A stretch of DNA of 63,619 bases, counting the filler, from Collodictyon triciliatum (Eukaryota): the NCBI GenBank assembly GCA_043381765.1. It is 6 parts of 6 records of this genome, joined end to end, with 100 filler letters (N's around TTAATTAATTAA, not from the genome) between each part and the next. Parts side by side here need not be neighbours in the genome. Positions count along the whole stretch, not along the records: positions 38,297 to 57,321 come from JBHJMP010001314.1; positions 57,422 to 62,225 come from JBHJMP010001383.1; positions 62,326 to 63,619 come from JBHJMP010001493.1; 3 more parts are not named here. The stretch is one strand, 5' to 3'. The notes under the pieces were generated by a model. That model was given only the letters and a program-made list of their open reading frames with translations. It searched no databases and was not told the DNA's origin. Made by a program: the position numbers and the translations under genes. Shown one piece after another: positions 52,680-63,619 of this stretch (position 1 is the stretch's first letter; each line of letters opens with the position of its first letter).

Positions 52680-55600
52680 ATGGGCGAACATTCTTCCACT
52701 CATAATGTCGGGAAACTTCTTGTTGTCGATAGTGGGAAGAAAGAGCTGAGCCCGGTACAGACGCTCGGCGCTTATCTGAACCCCACCTTTCGTCGGAGAT
52801 TACCTCCGAAGCCGGTTGAAAGGTAACAACTCAAGAGCCTTGGCTGCTTTGCATCTTTGGAACGTAATGGATGCCAACCACTTCAGATTGAACGTTTCCC
52901 TATACATCGCTAAACCAGCTTACGCATTTTAGTAGAACCAACGCCATATTACGGGAACGACGGTTTAACATACCAGTAGGATCTGGCGTCAACACAGAAA
53001 TTCCGGTCTATGACTCGCTATTTGATAGACACATGAAAGGATACTTCAATAAACCGATTGTCCGAAAGACTTTGTTTCAGAATGGAGTGGTTTGTTATGT
53101 CATATTCTTCCATAAGAATATATTTAGGTTTTCACTACTATTCCATTAAAGTATTCCTTTTTATAGATCGGAAAGAATGGTATGGTTGTCCTTTCACCAC
53201 AGGCTCCTCATAAAGCGATTCCTGTTGATATGACGGTGTTAAGTCATCGCAACAAAACCTCGAGGAGTTTACCAGAAGTATACTGCTCATATTACATTCA
53301 CATAAAAAGATACAGACATAATCCCCAATAAGTAAAGAAAATTTTTAATAAAGAAAAACTGATAAAATTTAGATGAATCCTACAAGTAGAACGTTGTATC
53401 CGCATCGTAAAGAAGTACTCGCCTTTTCACAATTCTCTTGCTAACTTTATGCATCGATACCGAGCCTAACACACACTTTTTTCTAAAGCCTCAGCCCGGA
53501 GATCCGTTTTATAGGAAGAAGCTTCCGCAAACGAAGGTTTCGCATATCCTTTTTAAATATGATAATCAAAATCAGACTCACCAATTATACATATTTGTAT
53601 ATTGGATATGTGTGTTTTCTTTCTGCTTCTGAAGTGATCCTTTCAACTACAGAGCGAAGGTGCTCATGCGCCACCGAACAAAGAGGGAAAAATACAAACT
53701 AAGCAACCATTAAAGCCAATTAATCCTTATGTAAGTCAGTTTAATTTCATGTGGGGGTTAACTCTTTTCTGAATTTCCATGTTTATGATTTTTTTTTTGA
53801 TTTTCCTCCCTATATTGATGTGATAGCATTCTCAAGAACCTTCCAAGAAAGAACCGAAAAAACAGGAAGCACCCAAAGCCAAAGAGGACACCAGAGACCC
53901 GTTATTCGAGAAAGTAAACGAAATCAAAACAGAAGCGAAGGAAGAAGCGCCCAAGGAAGTCGAGGAAAGCAAGACACGATCCAACGTATCCGTATCCAGT
54001 GTTACAGACTCAGAAAGTGAGGAAAGTGAGGCCGAAATAGTAGCTCAAAAGCCTAAAGGCGAACAACCTGAGCAGAGTCAGATTGTTGAGAAAGAAAAGG
54101 CATACTTCAATGAAGATGATTCTGAAGAAGAAGGTTGAAATACTTGATAACGAGTGATGCATCATTATTCTTGCCATTTTCATTTTATTAACAGGAATCT
54201 ATCGTTCAATAGAATCTGAAACTGAGTCTGAAGCGGATAATACTAAGAGCGCCGAACTATTGGAGAAGCGACCAGAAGAGGAAGACGAAGAGGTAGAGTC
54301 TCAAGAGGCTGTCGAGGAAAATGCTCAAAATGAAAACTCTGAAGATGAAGCAATCACAGAGAACGATGTCCACAACGATTCCAAAGACCCAGGCCAGGAA
54401 GTAGATGTCGAGTCCAAAAATGATCGGAGCCAACCTGAAAAGAAATCCGAACAAATGGCAAATGATGTTGAGCATGATGACGAGGATTACGAGGAAAAGT
54501 TTGATGGGGATGATAATACTGAAGCTGACAGTGAGGTTGTTGAGCACCCAATTCAGTCTCAAACTGGACATGAAGAGGAAGCGAATGAAATAGAAGAAAC
54601 TGATGTGGCTGAATCAATCACCAATGAGAACGTTAAGGAAGATGCAAACCTTGAGGCCACAGACGAGGCCGGACTCTATGAAAAAAGTGAAAACAAAGAG
54701 GTTAGCAAAGATATCTCTGGCGAGGATGTGGATGATTCAAAAGGGAAAGAGGATTTGGTTGCCCCAGAAAGTAGTGCACATGACCAAGGAGCTGAAGAGC
54801 AGCCTTATACTGAGGAAAATTTTGCCACAGAGGCTGCTATGGAACAAGCCACAGAACAAGCCCATACCGAAGAGAACAATGGTGATGAGGTTGCAACAGA
54901 ACAGGTCACAGAGGAGCCCAAAGTCGATGGCACTAATTTTGAAGAGACCGTGGAGGGAGTTCATATAGAAGAGACTAATGCTGATGAGGCTGTACCCGAA
55001 CAAACTACTGAAGAAGTTCATGTTGAAGAGACTTACACCGAAGAGACTAATGCTGATGAGGTTGTAGCTGAGGAAGCTAGGGAGGAAATCCCTGCCGAAA
55101 AGACCAAGGCTTATGAGGCTGTACCTGAACAGACTACTGAAGAAGTTCATCTTGAAGAGACTTGCACCGATAAAACTAATGCTGATGAGGTTGCAGCTGA
55201 AGAAGCTACGGAGAAAATCCCTGCTGATGAGACCAAGGCTGGTGAGGCTGAGCCGGAACAGGCCACAGAACAAGCCCATACCGAAGAAGCTAAGACTGAG
55301 GAGGTTGCAGCTGAACCAACCGCAGAAGTCGATGTCGAAGAGGCTAAGGCTGAGGTAGCCTTATTGGAAGAGGGTACTGAACAGTGCAAAGTTGATGAAA
55401 CTAATCCTGAAGAAACTACAGAGGAAATCCCTGCCGAAGAAACTAATCCCGAGGAAAGTGTAGCAGAACAGGTCACTGAAGAACCCCAAGTCGAAGAGGA
55501 AAAGGCTGATAAACCTGCAGCAGAACAGTCCACTGAAGGACTTAAAGTCGATGAAGGCAATAGCGAAGGGCAATTAGCTGTCGATGTATCATACACAGGA

Positions 55601-57214
55601 GACTTCGAACCAGAGGGTACTGACCAAGAACAAAATACTGAGGAACCCGCAGTCACAGAAGTCCCAACTGAAAAAGTTGCAGAAGAGCCTAGGACCGATG
55701 AGTTTGTTGCGGAACAGGCCACTGAAGGATGCAAAGTTGTTGAAACTAATCCTGAAGAAACAACAGAGCAGCCCAAAGTCGACGAGGCTAATGCTGAAGA
55801 AACCAAGACTGAGGAAATTGCAACAGAGCAGGCCACTGAAGAGCCCAAGGTCGACGAGACCAAGACTGAGGAGGCAGTAACAGAGCAGGCTACAGAGGAG
55901 CCCAAGGTCGACGAGGCTAATGATGAAGAAACCAAGACTGAGGAAATTGCAACAGAGCAGGCCGCAGAGGAGCCCAAAGTCGACGAGGCTAATGCTGAAG
56001 AGACCAAGACTGAGGAGGCAGTAACAGAGCAGGCCGCAGAGGAGCCCAAGGTCGATGAGGCTAATGATGAAGAAACAAAGACTGAGGAGGCAGTAACAGA
56101 GCAGGCTACAGAGGAGCCCAAGGTCGATGAGGCTAATGATGAAGAAACAAAGACTGAGGAGGCAGTAACAGAGCAGGCCGCAGAGGAGCCCAAGGTCGAT
56201 GGGGCTAATTCTGAAGAAACCAAGATTGAGGAGGCAGTAACAGAGCAGGCCGCGGAGGAACCCAAAGTCGATGAGGCTAATGCTGAAGAAACCAAGACTG
56301 AGGAAGTTGCAACAGAGCAGGCCACTGAAGACCCCAAAGCCGATGAGGCTAATGCTGAAGAAACCAAGACTGAGGAGGCAGTAACAGAGCAGGCTACAGA
56401 GGAGCCCAAGGTCGACGAGACCAAGACTGAGGAAGTCATAACAGAGCAGGCCACTGAAGAGCCCAAAGTCGATGAGGCTAATGATGAAGAAACAAAGACT
56501 GAGGAGGCAGTAACAGAGCAGGCTACAGAGGAACCCAAAGTCGACGAGACCAAGACTGAGGAAGTCGTAACAGAGCAGGCCACTGAAGAGCCCAAAGTCG
56601 ATGAGGCTAATGCTGAAGAGACCAAGACTGAGGAGGCAGTAACAGAGCAGGCCGCGGAGGAACCCAAAGCCGATGAGGCTAATGCTGAAGAAACCAAGAC
56701 TGAGGAGGTTGCAACAGAGCAGGCCACTGAAGACCCCAAAGCCGATGAGGCTAATGCTGAAGAAACCAAGATTGAGGAGGCAGTAACAGAGCAGGCTACA
56801 GAGGAGCCCAAGGTCGATGAGGCTAATGATGAAGAAACAAAGATTGAGGAGGTTGCAACAGAGCAGGCCACAGAGGAGCCCGGTGTAGAGCATGTAGAGA
56901 CTGGAGAGCACTTAGTCGCTGATGCAGCATACGAAGGGGATTTTGAGCCTGAGGAAGCCAATACCGAAGCGCCGAAGTCCACAGAGGCAAATGGTGAAGG
57001 AACGCCTGGGGTTGCAGCAGTAGAAAATGCCGTGGTTCAATCTGCGACGGAACAACCAAGCGAAGAGCACAAGACCAAAGAAGACGCAGCAGCTGAACAG
57101 GATGGCATGCGGGACAACACACAAACGACAGAGGAAGCAGCAGCAGCCAATCCAGCTGCCCAACCAGACTCTGATGGGCTCGAGGCCTCATCGGACCAAA
57201 AGAACACAGAGTGA
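52680..57214 (+). CDS. ERICH3-like glutamate-rich protein with acidic tandem repeats
   Basis: Exons 2-3 give IPVYDSLFDRHMKGYFNKPIVRKTLFQNGVIGKNGMVV, resembling the ERICH3/FSIP2-type N-terminal motif (Y.SL.D.HL..YF....R..L...G.I...G.I); last exon is a ~1,000-aa E-rich region. Confidence 0.72.
55770..56880 (+). repeat. Coding minisatellite, 72/57-bp units (EEPKVDEANAEETKTEEAVTEQAT)
   Basis: About 16-17 near-identical 24-aa or 19-aa units within ORF 54260-57214. Confidence 0.9.
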
Positions 57215-57571
57215 AACGCCAGTCAGAGCGCACAGTCCATATGGCGTTTGTCATAGCTTCTTCTGCATTGCTCCTTTTCCCGCTACTCTCAATATTTCTT
57301 TCGTCCTTTGCCTTTGCTTTTNNNNNNNNNNNNNNNNNNNNNNNNNNNNNNNNNNNNNNNNNNNNTTAATTAATTAANNNNNNNNNNNNNNNNNNNNNNN
57401 NNNNNNNNNNNNNNNNNNNNNTGTTTTTGTTTTTGTTTTTGTTTTTGTTTTGTTTTTGTTCTGTTTTTGTTTTGTTTTTGTTTTGTTTTTGTNNNNNNNN
57501 NNNNNNNNNNNNNNNNNNNNNNNNNNNNNNNNNNTTTTTGTTTTTGTTTTTGTTTTTGTTTTTGTTTTTGT

Positions 57572-57603
<32 letters not shown>

Positions 57604-58587
57604 GTTTTGTTTTTGTTTTGTTTTGTTTTGCTTTGCTTTGTTTTGATTGAGATGCATTTTTTACGTTAAAATACCATATCTGGATAACAAATAAGGTATG
57701 AGTGCTGGTTTGCGGCCTCTTTTGCTGCGTTCAGGTTGTTTGAAAGAGAGAATGGGCATACACCGCAGAGCTGACAAGGCTATGACTATGTGTTATGTTC
57801 TATGAATTATACTTTCACCATGCTAGGATAATATTAGGGTGTATTTGTAATATTATACTGTTGTGCTCGGACTTTGCGTTGCCTTGAAAGCCCATCACCC
57901 AGGATTAGATTGCCTGGTGCTGTACAAAATTCCATTGAAAGTCTTACATATTTTAAAATCGGTTCCAAAAGTCTGTTCTGTCGCTCTCCAACAAAGCGCT
58001 ATATGTATTTAATTCATTTTTAGACTCGAAGGGGTATACTAATCGAAAGATTAGTAAACCTGGCCCACTAGTATACAAGGTCTCACCACATTTATTCCCA
58101 GTGGATTGTATAGAATATTTCAAAAAAAAATTCGGGCATGGGCTCAAAGATTGTCGTACCTTGCAAGCAAGCAAAAAAAACAAACAAACAAACAAACAAA
58201 CAAACCTTGCAAAGATGCATATATAGGTTAATCACAAAAGGCGATGAAGCCGACGACTCACGAAACTGATTTATCATGCCATATTTGGTATTAACGGGCG
58301 GTCTTGTGGAGGCTGCGATTGTTGTGTCTTCTGAGGCCAACGATTCCTCTTCTCAAAACAAGCTTCGTCGTTGAAAAAAAAAAAGAAAAGAAGGAAAGGA
58401 AGGAAAAGATCGAAGGAGACAAAAGAAATGCAAAGAGAACACAAGCGTTTTTTTTAACAAAGGGTATGTGCCTCTGGGTTTAGGAATATTCTCTTATTCC
58501 TCTTTCTTTTTTTTTTCTATCCTTCCATTTATTCATCGCTTTCATTCCTCCCACTCACAAGCAACATTGTAGATACCACCCCCTGGA

Positions 58588-62423
<3,836 letters not shown>

Positions 62424-62774
62424 ATCACCACAAAATAGCAACCCCACTCACACAGCACCGCCCGAAGCCGACTCCTAAAAGTTCAAAGCAATAAACACAC
62501 CCGCACCCCAAACACACAAACCCAGAAAACAAAGCCAAGATGAGCGGAATACTCTACATGACACAAGTGCATCAATGGCGTAATGCCGAGGACTTTAGAC
62601 TCCTTTCTGGCATTTTTAAGCCCGGCCTCAAATTGGGGACGCTAGAAGAATCCTGCAGACAGAACAGCGAGAAAGAAATAATGTGGTTGGTAAGGCTGGG
62701 AGAGACTGGGAGGTTGGGAGTACAGAGAAAAAGGCTGCAGGGTAAAGGCATTCTCTGGAAGGGTCTCTCTTCTA

Positions 62775-63543
62775 TCACTTCCACTGTGGATGCCTGAAGT
62801 CCTCCAAAGCAAGCAACCGCCCTTGCGACAACGAATCCAGAAGGAACTGTGGTGTGAGTCGCTTGTGAGTGAGAGTGAGAGTGAATCACGGTGGGGTGGC
62901 AACAAGCTGCAGTCTACGCGAATCCATACCTTTTCTGTCACAACAGGCAGCCCAACAAGCTCCTCCGGGATGACTTCGGATTCGGATGCGATGATGAATC
63001 GGCAGTGGTCGTGAAACTCGGCAATCTGGATGGACAAAGAGCTTGAGTGGTGTACCAAGATTGACTCTCCGAGAAGGGTGGGTATCTTTTGGCAGACTTA
63101 CATCGCCATCACATGCGAGAATCAGCTGCTCAAGTTCGTAGTTTTTTGGCTGTGTTTCTCCATAGACGTAGACGTGCTGACCAAAGAGCAGTCCGTATGT
63201 TTCGGTTTCTGAGATGAAGAGAGGGGCAAAAAGTAATATAAAAAATATAATTAAAAAAATTGAAACTCCAGCTCGATAATTGGAAAACAGTATGTGTTGG
63301 CCAAATACATATATATGTGGTTTACGAACAGCGAAAAAAAAAATCCTAGAGTGTTATAATTTATTTCATGCGCATAAAAAAAAAAAATAAGTAGCATGGT
63401 ATAAAGTGGGTATGTCTTGGAACCTCGCTTTGTTCTGGATTCTTTGATTCCGGGAAGAAAACTCAGTTCGTGCTCTTCTTCTTTCGCCCAGCCTGCGTTT
63501 TCGAGGCAGGCATACACCCACGTCGCATTCAGGACCCAGATGC
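62775..63543 (-). CDS. 3' end of a tandem-BRCT protein (microcephalin-like C-terminus); 5' part outside window
   Basis: GIWVLNATWVYACLENAGWAKEEEHEL | GLLFGQHVYVYGETQPKNYELEQLILACDGD | ...LPVVTEK | FLLDSLSQGRLLALEDF; stop TGA 62775-62777. Confidence 0.75.
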
Positions 63544-63619
63544 CTGTGTGTAGTATGCATTTAGATATTTAGATTTTAGCCTAATGGTTAACCCTCCCCC
63601 CCCCCCCCCCCCATCAAAA

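Noticed and set aside
55147-56982. 611-aa and 440-aa antisense ORFs
   Set aside because: Shadows of the E/T/A-rich repeat on the plus strand; no independent coding signal.

Overview
Eukaryotic, intron-rich, microsatellite-rich genomic scaffold, probably from a flagellated protist (it carries an ERICH3-like ciliary gene). It is not prokaryotic, so the ORF track shows only exon fragments; I built gene models by hand from GT/GC..AG junctions and reading-frame continuity. In order: 3' end of a coiled-coil gene; ABCG half-transporter (+); N-myristoylated LRR protein with about one repeat per 69-nt exon (+); second ABCG (-); 5' part of a third ABCG sharing a near-identical 158-bp exon/intron block with the first; ~2,250-aa predicted surface receptor with signal peptide, ~28 WD40 repeats, Cys-rich repeats and ~9 TM helices (-); coiled-coil+NHL protein (-); tRNA-Trp(CCA) (-); tandem-repeat protein (-); PRP38 with a C-terminal HIND motif and a GC-AG intron (+); 13-bp minisatellite then GDP-mannose 4,6-dehydratase (+); TPR-pseudokinase-degenerate PARP-like protein (-); Myb/SANT-like protein (-); ERICH3-like protein (+); coiled-coil gene (+); tandem-BRCT gene 3' end (-). 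Most notable: (i) four copies of a ~23-bp element (minus strand TGAATCGAATAAAGG(GG)A5-8) flanked by target-site-like duplications; (ii) the apparently extracellular WD40 receptor; (iii) the pseudokinase/pseudo-PARP protein; (iv) the modular LRR exons. No database searches were run, so novelty is untested.
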